Positions 16,986 through 25,751 of a stretch of DNA of 64,000 nucleotides are shown piece after piece. The notes beneath the pieces were generated by a model. That model searched no databases. It saw only the letters and a program-made list of their open reading frames with translations, and was not told where the DNA came from. The stretch is from Rhodococcus sp. (in: high G+C Gram-positive bacteria) (GTDB taxonomy: Bacteria > Actinomycetota > Actinomycetes > Mycobacteriales > Mycobacteriaceae): NCBI RefSeq assembly GCF_049299235.1, contig NZ_JBAQXC010000319.1:2358-66357 (forward strand). The letters are read 5' to 3'. A program made the translations under genes and the position numbers. Positions within the stretch are counted from its first letter, which is position 1; each line of letters starts with the position of its first letter.

Positions 16986-17945
16986 CTACGGCCGCTTCCG
17001 AGCGGCCTTGCTGAGTCGAAACTCGGGGGGGAAGTTCTCGTCGTTGGCCTTGACCGATGCGGTCAACCCCGCCTCCATCATCGCGGAATTCAGATGGAAC
17101 TCGTGCTCGTCCGGGCGGACCAACCGCCCCATCGACTCGACCATGCCGGTGAGCAGACTTCCCAGGTACTCTCCCTGATGCTGCTTCATCATCTGGAAGA
17201 ACATCTTCTGGATGACCACCGTGTCCGTCGGACGGTTGCGCGCGCACGCCTGGGCGTACGTCTGCACCTCGGCCTCGAGACGGTCGCGGGTCACGACCTT
17301 GTTGAGGAAACCGCACTCGTACATTTCGTCGGCGGTGAACGGCCGCCCGGTGAACACCATCTCCTGGAAACGCCGGATCCCCATCGTCATCGCCCAGGTC
17401 CACATGCGCGGTCCCCAGCCCACATAGCGGAACGCCGCGTGCCCGAACAGCGCGTCGTCGGAGGCGATCACGAGGTCGGCGTCGGCGGCCTGGTAGAAGT
17501 GCCACCCGTAGCAGTAGCCTTTGACCTCGACGATGCTGATCTTGCTGAACTCCTGCAGGCTCCGGCAACCGGACCGGGCATTGGCGAACCACGGTCCGTA
17601 GTTGCCCATGTTGCGATACGAATCCTTGGGTGGATAGACGACATCGGGGTCGTCGATCTCGAATTCCTTGAGCCGTTCGGCGGAGTCCCCGCTCTCGACG
17701 CCCTCCATGAAGTCCGGCAGATCGACTCCACTCCCGAAATCGTCCCCCTCGCCCCGCACCACCAGCACCTTCACGTCGTCGTCGATGTTCGCTCGATGCA
17801 GGAGGTCGGCATATCGCAGGCGTGCCTCGACCGTCGGCGCATTCAGCCGGTCCGGTCGATCGAACGTGATCGTCGCGATCTTCGTCGCCGGGTCCTTCTC
17901 GTAGCGGACGATGTCCTCTGCTGACGGAGGTTCGCTCTTCGACAT
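16986..17945 (-). CDS. enoyl-CoA hydratase/isomerase (crotonase) family protein
   Basis: 319 aa with crotonase motifs ITFDRPDRLNA and VLVVRGEGDDFGSGVDL. Confidence 0.9.
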   Translation of the reverse strand: MSKSEPPSAEDIVRYEKDPATKIATITFDRPDRLNAPTVEARLRYADLLHRANIDDDVKVLVVRGEGDDFGSGVDLPDFMEGVESGDSAERLKEFEIDDPDVVYPPKDSYRNMGNYGPWFANARSGCRSLQEFSKISIVEVKGYCYGWHFYQAADADLVIASDDALFGHAAFRYVGWGPRMWTWAMTMGIRRFQEMVFTGRPFTADEMYECGFLNKVVTRDRLEAEVQTYAQACARNRPTDTVVIQKMFFQMMKQHQGEYLGSLLTGMVESMGRLVRPDEHEFHLNSAMMEAGLTASVKANDENFPPEFRLSKAARKRP

Positions 17946-17958
17946 CCTCGTGCTCCTC

Positions 17959-17988
17959 TGTTGATCCGGTGACTGTTGATCCGGTGAC
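17959..17988. repeat. perfect 15-bp tandem duplication in the leader of the enoyl-CoA hydratase gene
   Basis: tgttgatccggtgac occurs twice (17959-17973, 17974-17988), 13 nt upstream of the ATG (minus strand) and just downstream of the mhpA stop. Confidence 0.9.
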
Positions 17989-18051
17989 GCGTCCTATCGG
18001 TCGGCCGCGAAGATCAGCATCCGGCAGATCTCGTGTGAGTTCCAGCCGTTG

Positions 18052-19701
18052 TCAGCCTGCGGTCACGTCGACGACGTCGCGCACCAGGTGCTTCTCCATA
18101 CCCAGAACGCCCAGCAGTTGCGCCGACAGCAGACCGGCGTCCTGGGCGATGCCTGCCGCGGCCACGAAGCGGTCCGGGCGCAGGAACAGGACGGATTCGC
18201 TGTGGACGTCGAACCACGCCTTCAACTGCCCCCGGTCGCCCACCACGGTCACATCGTCGCCGTACGAGGTCTGCCCGATCTGGGCTGCCGGTACAACGGC
18301 GACGAGTCGAGCGCCGATCGCGCGCCACGCCTCCACGCTGGGCTTGTCGAGAACCGCGGTGGGGTCGTTGTTCCAGCAGAGCACCGCGAACCAATTCCCG
18401 AGCGCCTCGTCGAGCAGGCACCGACCGTTCTCGGTGACCACCTCGGGCTGGACGAACATCCGTCCTACCGGCGAGGTCTTGCCGGGGCGGGCGACAACCG
18501 CCCCGGTCTCGTACCGTGGCATCGGCTTGAACCGCATTTCCAGGATGTATCGCTTCAGCACGGGGAGCGCCGATGCCGACCGAAGCACCCTGTCGCGAAG
18601 CCAGGCGAGGCGCGTGTTCCGCACCGAGATCACCCGTCCGACCGTGGTGGACAGGTCGATCATCGCTCGCGCGTGGCCGCGGCGCTCCTCGTCGTAGGTT
18701 GTCAGCAGGTCGGGTTCGGCCTGCCCGGAGCACACCGCCGCGAGCTTCCAGCCGAGGTTCACCGCGTCGCGTACGCCACTGTTGTATCCCTGCCCCTGCC
18801 AGACCGGCATCAGATGCGCTGCGTCGCCCGCGATGAAGATGCGTCCGCGACCGAACTCGCCCGCGATCCTCGAGTGGTGGGTGTAGATGCGATACGCGAT
18901 GATCTCGGCGTCCTCCGGACGCGGGACGTGCCTGCCTAGAAGCTTCCGTACGAATCCGAGATCGTCGACCTCGGTGTCGGATTCGTTGTCCATGAGCATG
19001 AATTCGAAGCGCCGGATACCGTGGGCGATCGAGATGGAGGCGTACGGCCGTTCCGGGTCGGCGCCCACGTAGCTGTTCGGTGAGCCGAGTGGGTCGTGCG
19101 CGAGATCCACGACGAGCCAGCGCGTGGCCGAGGTGACTCCGTCGAACGACGTGCCGATGATCCGGCGGGTGCGACTGCGACCACCGTCGCATCCGACCAC
19201 GTATCGCGCGCGCACCTGGCGCGGGCGACCGTCCGCGAGGAGTTCAACCACGACACCGTCATCCACTTCCCGCACGTCCTGCATCGGAGTGGACCAGCAC
19301 ACCTCGACGGTGGGGAAACGCCGGAGTCCTTTCAGGAGTTCCGCATCCACGAGCGGCTGGACGAATCCGTTGCGCCGGGGCCAGCCGAACTGCGCTTCAC
19401 TCGGTGCCATCTCCGCGAGGAGCTCGCCCTTGCCGTTGACAAACCGCAGGATCTGATTCGGAATAAGGTGCCGTTCAACATGTTCGGACAATCCGATGCC
19501 CTGGAAGGCACGCATGGACTCGTCGTCCAGGCCTACACCACGCGGATAGTCGATGAGCACATCGCGTTCCTCTGCGACGAGAACCCGCAACCCGCGGCCC
19601 CCCAGGATGTTCGCCAGGGTGAGTCCTACAGGACCCGCCCCCACCACGAGGACGTCGACGGCGTCCGGCGCCGCGGCGGATCGTTCTTGACCGGCGGTCA
19701 C
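18052..19701 (-). CDS. mhpA: 3-(3-hydroxyphenyl)propionate / 3-hydroxycinnamate hydroxylase (FAD monooxygenase)
   Basis: GTG 19701 follows [61 protein letters not shown] parallels E. coli MhpA block by block. Sits beside mhpR and mhpCB. Confidence 0.85.
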   Translation of the reverse strand: MTAGQERSAAAPDAVDVLVVGAGPVGLTLANILGGRGLRVLVAEERDVLIDYPRGVGLDDESMRAFQGIGLSEHVERHLIPNQILRFVNGKGELLAEMAPSEAQFGWPRRNGFVQPLVDAELLKGLRRFPTVEVCWSTPMQDVREVDDGVVVELLADGRPRQVRARYVVGCDGGRSRTRRIIGTSFDGVTSATRWLVVDLAHDPLGSPNSYVGADPERPYASISIAHGIRRFEFMLMDNESDTEVDDLGFVRKLLGRHVPRPEDAEIIAYRIYTHHSRIAGEFGRGRIFIAGDAAHLMPVWQGQGYNSGVRDAVNLGWKLAAVCSGQAEPDLLTTYDEERRGHARAMIDLSTTVGRVISVRNTRLAWLRDRVLRSASALPVLKRYILEMRFKPMPRYETGAVVARPGKTSPVGRMFVQPEVVTENGRCLLDEALGNWFAVLCWNNDPTAVLDKPSVEAWRAIGARLVAVVPAAQIGQTSYGDDVTVVGDRGQLKAWFDVHSESVLFLRPDRFVAAAGIAQDAGLLSAQLLGVLGMEKHLVRDVVDVTAG

Positions 19702-19743
19702 GTCGCCCCCTGGACTGTTTGTAGTAATTATCGAACATGTTGC

Positions 19744-19758
19744 TTCTATATACACACA
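19744..19758 (+). promoter_or_regulatory. AT-rich motif TTCTATATACACACA in the mhpA/mhpR divergent promoter
   Basis: Forms an inverted pair with gtgtatataa at 19806-19815. The same motif lies upstream of mhpB and of the FMO gene. Confidence 0.45.
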
Positions 19759-19805
19759 GACAATGGCGAAGAGCTGATGCCGTGTCAACACCGAAGTCAC
19801 ATTTC

Positions 19806-19815
19806 GTGTATATAA
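19806..19815 (-). promoter_or_regulatory. inverted partner (TTATATACAC on the minus strand) of the motif at 19744
   Basis: Lies in the same intergenic region, about 48 bp from its partner. Confidence 0.4.
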
Positions 19816-19903
19816 TGAGCTGCATGTCGCTCTATTCGCACACGAGTCGGTTTGCCTGCCCGCACCGGGCGTGCGGCAGCGTCACACCCGGGCTTGATCC
19901 GGC

Positions 19904-20605
19904 ATGACAACTCCGGATGCACGCCCCCGGCCCCAACCCCAGGTCGGAAGCCAAACCCTGGCTCGCGGACTCACCGCGCTGCTCGCCGTGGTGGACTCGC
20001 CGACCGGCATGACCGTGCAGCGGCTGGCCGAAGAACTCGGAGTCCACCGTTCGATCGCATACCGAATCCTGCAGACACTACGCGATTTCGGGTTCGTGAC
20101 ACCCGGCTCGGACGGCGTATACCGCCCCGGATCACGCCTGGCGTCCCTCTCGACAGCCTATCTACCGGCGCTCCGCGAGATCGCCACACCGGTGATGCGA
20201 CGTCTCGCCGACCAGGTCGGCTGCACCGTTCACCTGTTCGTGGCCGAGCAAGACGAGGCCGTCTCCATCGAGGTCGTCGAACCCGTCACCGTCCCCCAGC
20301 ACATCTCCTTCCGCGCCGGGATGCGCACGCTGCTGGATCGCGGAGCGGCCGGCTACGCACTCCTGGCCGCCGGTCCGGCGCTGCCCGCCGAACCCGATGC
20401 CGTCACCGAAGCGCGCCGGCAGGGCTACGCCACGAGCTCGAGCGAAGTCGAAACCGGCGTGTACGCGGTCGCGGCTCCGATCGCGAACTCGCATCCCACC
20501 GCGTGCCTCACTCTCATGAGCCACCGGGAGGATCAATTGGCCGCGGCGGCACCAGAGGTCGTGCGGGCGGCCGCGGACATCGCCCGAGCGATACTCGACG
20601 CCTGA
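19904..20605 (+). CDS. mhpR: IclR family transcriptional regulator (mhp cluster regulator by context)
   Basis: 233 aa. N-terminal wHTH (TLARGLTALLAVVDSPTGMTVQRLAEELGVHRSIAYRILQTL) plus an IclR effector domain. Embedded between mhpA and mhpC. Confidence 0.8.
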   Translation: MTTPDARPRPQPQVGSQTLARGLTALLAVVDSPTGMTVQRLAEELGVHRSIAYRILQTLRDFGFVTPGSDGVYRPGSRLASLSTAYLPALREIATPVMRRLADQVGCTVHLFVAEQDEAVSIEVVEPVTVPQHISFRAGMRTLLDRGAAGYALLAAGPALPAEPDAVTEARRQGYATSSSEVETGVYAVAAPIANSHPTACLTLMSHREDQLAAAAPEVVRAAADIARAILDA

Positions 20606-20608
20606 AGA

Positions 20609-21472
20609 TCACGCGACAACCGGTCGGTCGGCGTCGCACAGGAACCCGATCACGGCTTTGTCGCAGGTCTCCTGCTGTTCCCACTGAGGCCAGTGCCCCG
20701 CGCCGTCGATGAAGAGGAACTGCCCGTTCGGCAACTTGTCGGCCATCTCCATACCGGCCGCCGCGGGTCCGGACGGGTCGTCGCTGGTCCAGATCACGAG
20801 CACGGGCACCGTCACCGCCGCCAGATCGGCGTCGGTCACCATGTTGCGTCGGCGCACCTCGGGGTCCTGCAGGCACAGGACGTGCCGCATCGACTCCGCG
20901 AATCCCGGCTGCGAATAGATCGCTCGGCGACACCCGACGAGTTCGTCTGTGACACTGACGGGATCGGCCATGAGCCACTCGAGACGCGTCCGGATGCGCT
21001 CGGGTGTCGGTTCGTCGGCGGCGGCCTGACTCAACTCCCGGATCCGCGCCATCACCTCGGGGGCTACCATCGTGCCCCCGGGTGTGTTGAGCACGATCCG
21101 ATACAGCCTATCGGGCTGTGCAACAGCGAACTTCAGCGCCACCCAGCCACCGAGCGACTCGCCGGACAGGTGCGCTCGCTCGATGCCGAGATCATCGAGC
21201 AATGCGGCGAGGTGGTCGACGTAGGCATCGATCTCGAGGTCGCGGGTGGCCGGAGTCGTATAGCCCTGTCCGGGAAAGTCGTACGCGATGACGGAGAAGT
21301 ACTCGGCAAGCGCCGGTATGTTGCGTGAGAATGCCTCCAGGTGACCTCCGGTGCCGTGCATGAGCACCAGCGCAGGACCGGATCCCGCCCGCAGCACCCG
21401 GGTCCGCCATCCGCCGATCTCCCGGTACTCGACCGTGTGGGCCACCGAACCGAGGTCGTCCCATATCGTCAT
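20609..21472 (-). CDS. mhpC: 2-hydroxy-6-oxonona-2,4-dienedioate hydrolase (meta-cleavage product hydrolase)
   Basis: ATG 21472 overlaps the mhpB stop (ATGA). MTIWDDLG...RVLRAGSGPALVLMHGTGGHLEAF..., nucleophile elbow GESLGG, alpha/beta fold. Confidence 0.85.
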   Translation of the reverse strand: MTIWDDLGSVAHTVEYREIGGWRTRVLRAGSGPALVLMHGTGGHLEAFSRNIPALAEYFSVIAYDFPGQGYTTPATRDLEIDAYVDHLAALLDDLGIERAHLSGESLGGWVALKFAVAQPDRLYRIVLNTPGGTMVAPEVMARIRELSQAAADEPTPERIRTRLEWLMADPVSVTDELVGCRRAIYSQPGFAESMRHVLCLQDPEVRRRNMVTDADLAAVTVPVLVIWTSDDPSGPAAAGMEMADKLPNGQFLFIDGAGHWPQWEQQETCDKAVIGFLCDADRPVVA

Positions 21473-22425
21473 CGCGAAACACCTTCCTTCTGCGTTGCGG
21501 TGGTGACGGCGAACCCGGCGAACCACTCCTTGATAGGCCGGTAGTACCGACTGGTCATCTCGTACGAACCCTGCGCGGACAGGGCAGCGTACGCCGCGAT
21601 CCAGGTACGGATCTCGTGGGCGGAACGGCCACCCTCCCCGACGAACCAGTCGTTCGACTTCTCGTCGAACGCAGCGATATCGCCCGTCTCGAACATGTCG
21701 AGCACCAGGGCATCCCACTCCGGGTTGAGGTCGTGGAACTCTGCGGATCCCGCAGCAAACGCACCGGCGGCAGCAACGGTACGAGTTTCCCGCTCGCGGC
21801 GCTGCTCCGCACTCGGGTTGCGCCCGTGCGTGATCCGCGCGGCAACCTCCGGAGTCGAGCCCGCCAGTCGAGGGATGGGCGGATCGTGGGAGAGGCCGCC
21901 GGACCCGACGACGAGTACGCGTTTCCCGGATTCCACCAGGACTCGCCCTACCGCCTCCCCCAGCCGACGGGCTCGACTCACCGGGCCGAGCGGTTCCGCG
22001 ACGCAGTTGACGAAAACCGGGACCAGAGGCGGGATCTTGTCCACGGAATCGAACAGGAAGAGCAGCGGCTGAACGAATCCGTGGTCGACCCGCATCGCCT
22101 CGGACAGCGCAACGTCGATACCCGAGTCGAGTGCGTGCCGCGCGATGGCGTACGCGGCGTCGCGGTCCACCGCGAGCGGCCCGCTCGGCAGTCCGTAGTC
22201 ACCCACGGATGTCGCTGCCGCACCGACGCAGAACGACGGCATCAGGTCGTACAGGAATCCGTTGTAGTGGTCGGGACCGAAGACGACCACGAGTTCGGGA
22301 TCGAAGGCTTCCACGAAGGCCTTGGCCCCGGCGAGTTGTTCGTCCACCTCGTTCACGATGTCTGCCGTCGGATCGTTCAAGCCGATCAGCGGCGAGTGCG
22401 ACGAGGCGCACAAGGCAAGCGGCAT
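21469..22425 (-). CDS. mhpB: 2,3-dihydroxyphenylpropionate 1,2-dioxygenase (extradiol, LigB type)
   Basis: 318 aa. CASSHSPLIG.., FGPDHYNGFLYD.., VDHGFVQPL.., GSGGLSHDPP parallel E. coli MhpB. Confidence 0.9.
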   Translation of the reverse strand: MPLALCASSHSPLIGLNDPTADIVNEVDEQLAGAKAFVEAFDPELVVVFGPDHYNGFLYDLMPSFCVGAAATSVGDYGLPSGPLAVDRDAAYAIARHALDSGIDVALSEAMRVDHGFVQPLLFLFDSVDKIPPLVPVFVNCVAEPLGPVSRARRLGEAVGRVLVESGKRVLVVGSGGLSHDPPIPRLAGSTPEVAARITHGRNPSAEQRRERETRTVAAAGAFAAGSAEFHDLNPEWDALVLDMFETGDIAAFDEKSNDWFVGEGGRSAHEIRTWIAAYAALSAQGSYEMTSRYYRPIKEWFAGFAVTTATQKEGVSR

Positions 22426-22528
22426 GGTAGCTCCGTCCGTCGGCCGGCCTGGGCAGCCACAGGCTGGGTTCGCCTGTCGCTGACAGTCGTCGCGGCCACG
22501 CCCTGTGCCGGCAACACCTCGACGATTG

Positions 22529-22564
22529 TTCTATATATACACAGTGCGCTTCTGTATATACACG
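22529..22564 (+). promoter_or_regulatory. two direct copies of the AT-rich motif upstream of mhpB
   Basis: TTCTATATATACACA (22529-22543) and TTCTGTATATACACG (22550-22564) start 21 bp apart, about 105-140 bp upstream of the mhpB start. Confidence 0.45.
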
Positions 22565-22640
22565 CGTGACAGTAGCATTCGATACCCGGACCCACAACGG
22601 GGACGCCTCGCCGAGGGCGCCGGATCGCGCACCCACTTTC

Positions 22641-22691
22641 GAGCGAATGTATCGCCCGATCCGATGAAGGAGACGAACGGTACATTCGCTC
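22641..22691. repeat. palindromic intergenic element, copy 1 (imperfect)
   Basis: GAGCGAATGTATCGCCCG ...19 nt... CGGTACATTCGCTC. The left arm is identical to that of the element at 39441. Confidence 0.8.
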
Positions 22692-22713
22692 GGAAATGGT
22701 TGGGTACGAACAG

Positions 22714-22995
22714 TTACTCGAAGGCCATGCCGGCGTCGGCGCCGCGCTGCATAGTGGTGTTCGCGCCGTCCAGCGACTCCCGGATGATGTCCGCATGGCC
22801 GCTGTGGTGGGCGGTCTCACGAATGATGTACAGCAAGATCTTTCGCGCGCTCCACCATTCCCGCTCGGGCGCCGCACGGCGCGGTGGGCAACGGCACCTG
22901 CAGATCGAGGTCGAGCGACCCGACGAACGTCTCGGTATCCCGCGCGACGACATCGTCGACGGTATGAGCAATTGCGGACAGATTCGGTCCTCGAT
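22714..22995 (-). pseudogene. DinB/DUF664 (mycothiol-dependent-type) family remnant, N-terminally truncated and frameshifted
   Basis: One frame gives the family C-terminus WSARKILLYIIRETAHHSGHADIIRESLDG. The preceding block LSAIAHTVDDVVARDTETFVGSLDLDLQVPLP is in a different frame (shift near 22866-22880). No N-terminal half is present. Confidence 0.5.
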
Positions 22996-23039
22996 AATCA
23001 ATGCGATGAGAACCGCCGTTCGTGCTGGTCTGTATCCGC

Positions 23040-23855
23040 ATGGACACCACACACACAGTTTCCGTTCCAGGTGGACGCTTGCACTGCGAGGTCCGTGGCA
23101 CCGGACCACTCGTCATTCTCACCGGTGCCCCGATGGGCGCCGCGGATCTCGCACCGCTCGCCGACGCACTCGCCGACTCCCACACCGTCGTCACCCATGA
23201 TCCGCGGGGCATCGGCCGCAGCGTCCTCGACGACCCCACCACCGATTCCACGCCGGACCTGCGCGCCACCGACCTGATTCGTCTGCTCGATACCCTCGAT
23301 GTGAAATCCGCCGACATATTCGGAACCAGCGGTGGTGCCGTCACCGGACTCGCGCTCGTGGCTCGATACCCGGACAGAGTGCGCACGCTGGTCGCCCACG
23401 AACCGCCACTGCTCGAACTACTACCCGACGCCGCCGCACGCCGCGCCGCTGTGGACGCGGTGATCGACACCTTCCACCGCGCCGGCATCGACGCGGCGTG
23501 GGGAGCGTTCATGTCCACCGCCGGATAGGACACCACCGGGCCGGACGACGACGAAAACACCGAACGTGAACCCGGTGAACCGTCGGCGCAAGACCTCGCC
23601 GACGGTGCCCGATTCTTCGCTCACGAATTGCGGGCGACCACCCGTTATCTTCCCGATCTCGCCGCCTTGTCGGAAGCGTCGGAGCGCATCGTCATCGGAA
23701 TCGGCGCCGAGTCCGGCAACCTGATCACATCGGCGACAGCAACCGCGCTCGCCGACGCTATCGCCGTCTCACCCGTCGAGTTCCCGGGGGAACACACCGG
23801 ATTCGTCGACCGGACCGAGAAGTTCGCCAACCGCCTTCACGGGTTTCTCACCTGA
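23040..23855 (+). pseudogene. alpha/beta hydrolase interrupted by a single in-frame TAG
   Basis: MDTTHTVSVPGGRLHCEVRGTGPLVIL..., nucleophile elbow FGTSGGA, then TAG at 23526-23528. The same frame continues to the family C-terminus (...VEFPGEHTGFVD...) ending at 23855. Confidence 0.7.
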
Positions 23856-23866
23856 CTTCTTCTCCT

Positions 23867-23928
23867 GCAGCGAAACTTCTGCCCGGCAGCGAACCCGGCG
23901 GGCAGCGAAACCGGTCAAGCGGCGAAAC
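23867..23928. repeat. four degenerate ~17-bp repeats (GCRGCGAA(A/C)C core) at and after the 3' end of the small membrane gene
   Basis: Cores sit at 23867, 23886, 23902 and 23919. The last one encodes the final codons (..GFAA-stop) of the minus-strand gene. Confidence 0.7.
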
Positions 23929-24097
23929 CGACCGCACCGATCACCGGGATGATCGTCATGAACACGATCGCGACGACGAACAGGGTGATCGTGACCTTCT
24001 TGTCCCACTTGCTCCTGGTACCGGCAGCCGCGGCCAGGAAGAATACGAATCCGATGCAAATGGACGCGATGCCGATCATCACGGGGGTTTCGAGCAT
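23915..24097 (-). CDS. small hydrophobic membrane protein (60 aa)
   Basis: ATG 24097 gives MLETPVMIGIASICIGFVFFLAAAAGTRSKWDKKVTITLFVVAIVFMTIIPVIGAVGFAA, which has two clear TM helices. The upstream part of the 164-aa ORF is Arg/Pro-rich noise. Confidence 0.5.
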   Translation of the reverse strand: MLETPVMIGIASICIGFVFFLAAAAGTRSKWDKKVTITLFVVAIVFMTIIPVIGAVGFAA

Positions 24098-24146
24098 GGC
24101 CCCATCATCGCGTACGCCTGACCGTGCCCGCCGGGCGCCCGGCCCG

Positions 24147-24626
24147 TCACCGGTTGAGTTGTGCGATCCGGCCGCTGAGCGCCGTCGCGAAAGCTGTCCA
24201 TAGTGCGTACGGCGACATTGCCACCCCCGCGGCGGGAACGGCAACGGCGGTGCGTCGCACGAGATCGGCACTGCTCGCGGTGAGCAGTGCCGCCACCACC
24301 GTCGCGGAAACAAGTCGCCCGGCCCGGAAGAACACCCAGGACCATGAGGCATTGAGGGCGAGATTCGCACCGAGCGCAACGATGTAGTTCCGTCGCGCGC
24401 CGAGGTCACGCTGTTCGGTCAACTCGTCGACAGCCGCTGCGGCGACTACCGCGATGTCGGCGTACAGCACGGTCCAGACGACCGGGAAGGTCGCCGGGGA
24501 AGGCTGAAACGAAGGCTTACGCAGTGTGCGGTACCAGTGGGAATCCGCCTCGCGAGAAGCCACGGAACCGACGAACGCAGTCATCGTTGTAGCAGCCACA
24601 GTTCCCAGGACCGTCTTCGGCTTCAT
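24147..24626 (-). CDS. tspO: TspO/MBR family (tryptophan-rich sensory) protein
   Basis: ATG 24626. WYRTLRKPSFQPSPATFPVVWTVLY..., ALNASWSWVFF and a five-helix layout typical of TspO. Confidence 0.85.
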   Translation of the reverse strand: MKPKTVLGTVAATTMTAFVGSVASREADSHWYRTLRKPSFQPSPATFPVVWTVLYADIAVVAAAAVDELTEQRDLGARRNYIVALGANLALNASWSWVFFRAGRLVSATVVAALLTASSADLVRRTAVAVPAAGVAMSPYALWTAFATALSGRIAQLNR

Positions 24627-24893
24627 CGACACAGCGACCTCCCGTTCGACATGCTCTTCTCGCCCGAATACCCCGCACACCCACCGGCTGAAACTCGACA
24701 GGATCAGGGAGTCGGTTGGCGCCCGCGCAGTGACCTGGTGATGGGCGCCTTCAGCCGGTCAGGACGAATGATGGTTCCCACCACCCGGTTCGCCGTGCCG
24801 ACGCCAGGGTGGAAGCGGCGCAGACGCGGCGCGATAGTATCCCGGGCCGGGGCGCCGAACGAGCGCTCGACGCAACCAGGGGGCAGTTCCAGC

Positions 24894-25721
24894 ATGTTCG
24901 TATCGACACGTCTTCGCACGGCCGGCGCGGTGATCGCAGCCTCGGCAGTACTGTTCGGCGCAGGATGCTCCAGTGATGGAAATTCCACGTCGACCGACAG
25001 CGCTTCTGCCGGCAGTATTTCGGCCGACGCCGATTCGTCGGCACAGTCCGCTCTCGATACCGTCCGCGCCGCGTACGAGACCACGGCGAACCAAGAGGTG
25101 CAGCGCGGTCGGATCGAGGCACAGGGCAGCATCGTCACCACAACGATCGACACGTCGCGCGATGTCATCCTGGGGCAGATACCGAATTCGCCGCACGGGC
25201 CGATGCAGGTGCTGTTCGAGGGCGATGACCTCTTTGCACAGTTCACGGATGTGCCGGAGGCCAGCGCTTCCATCCTCGAGGCCGACGTCTGGTATCGCGT
25301 CGATGTCGCCTCGGACCAGACCGGCCAGATGTTCCTCATCCGGGACCTGGTCCGGAATCGGCAGCAGAGCAGCGCGCTCCTGGCCGAATTCACCACCGGC
25401 GCGGAAGAGCAAGGTACCGAGGTCGTCGAGGCCGCCGACGCCACCCGGTTCACTGCCACACTGGATGTCGCGGCCTACGCCGATGCGCTCCTCGAGACGT
25501 TCGCCGATTCGCTGCCCACCGGCCCCGGCACCCCGAGCGCCGACGACATGCGCCGAATCATGATCGAGCAGACGCCTACGTCCCTCGAATTGTGGATCGA
25601 CGACAACGGCCGCATCGTGCGCGAAGTCTTCGCCGGAAACGATACGACGACCTCGTACGACATCGACTTCGTCGTTCCCGAGTTCGACCGCGCGAACGCG
25701 CCACTGGCCCCGATCTCCTGA
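24894..25721 (+). CDS. putative secreted lipoprotein, function unknown
   Basis: ATG 24894 gives MFVSTRLRTAGAVIAASAVLFGAGCSSDG, a signal peptide plus a lipobox-like GAGC. The rest is soluble and acidic, with no family I recognise. Confidence 0.6.
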   Translation: MFVSTRLRTAGAVIAASAVLFGAGCSSDGNSTSTDSASAGSISADADSSAQSALDTVRAAYETTANQEVQRGRIEAQGSIVTTTIDTSRDVILGQIPNSPHGPMQVLFEGDDLFAQFTDVPEASASILEADVWYRVDVASDQTGQMFLIRDLVRNRQQSSALLAEFTTGAEEQGTEVVEAADATRFTATLDVAAYADALLETFADSLPTGPGTPSADDMRRIMIEQTPTSLELWIDDNGRIVREVFAGNDTTTSYDIDFVVPEFDRANAPLAPIS

Positions 25722-25751
25722 CACCCAGCCCTCGGTCGACCCCGCAAAGCA

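Noticed and set aside
19852-20712. 286-aa alternative-frame ORF over mhpR
   Set aside because: It is Arg/Pro-rich with no domain features, whereas the 19904..20605 frame gives a clean IclR protein.
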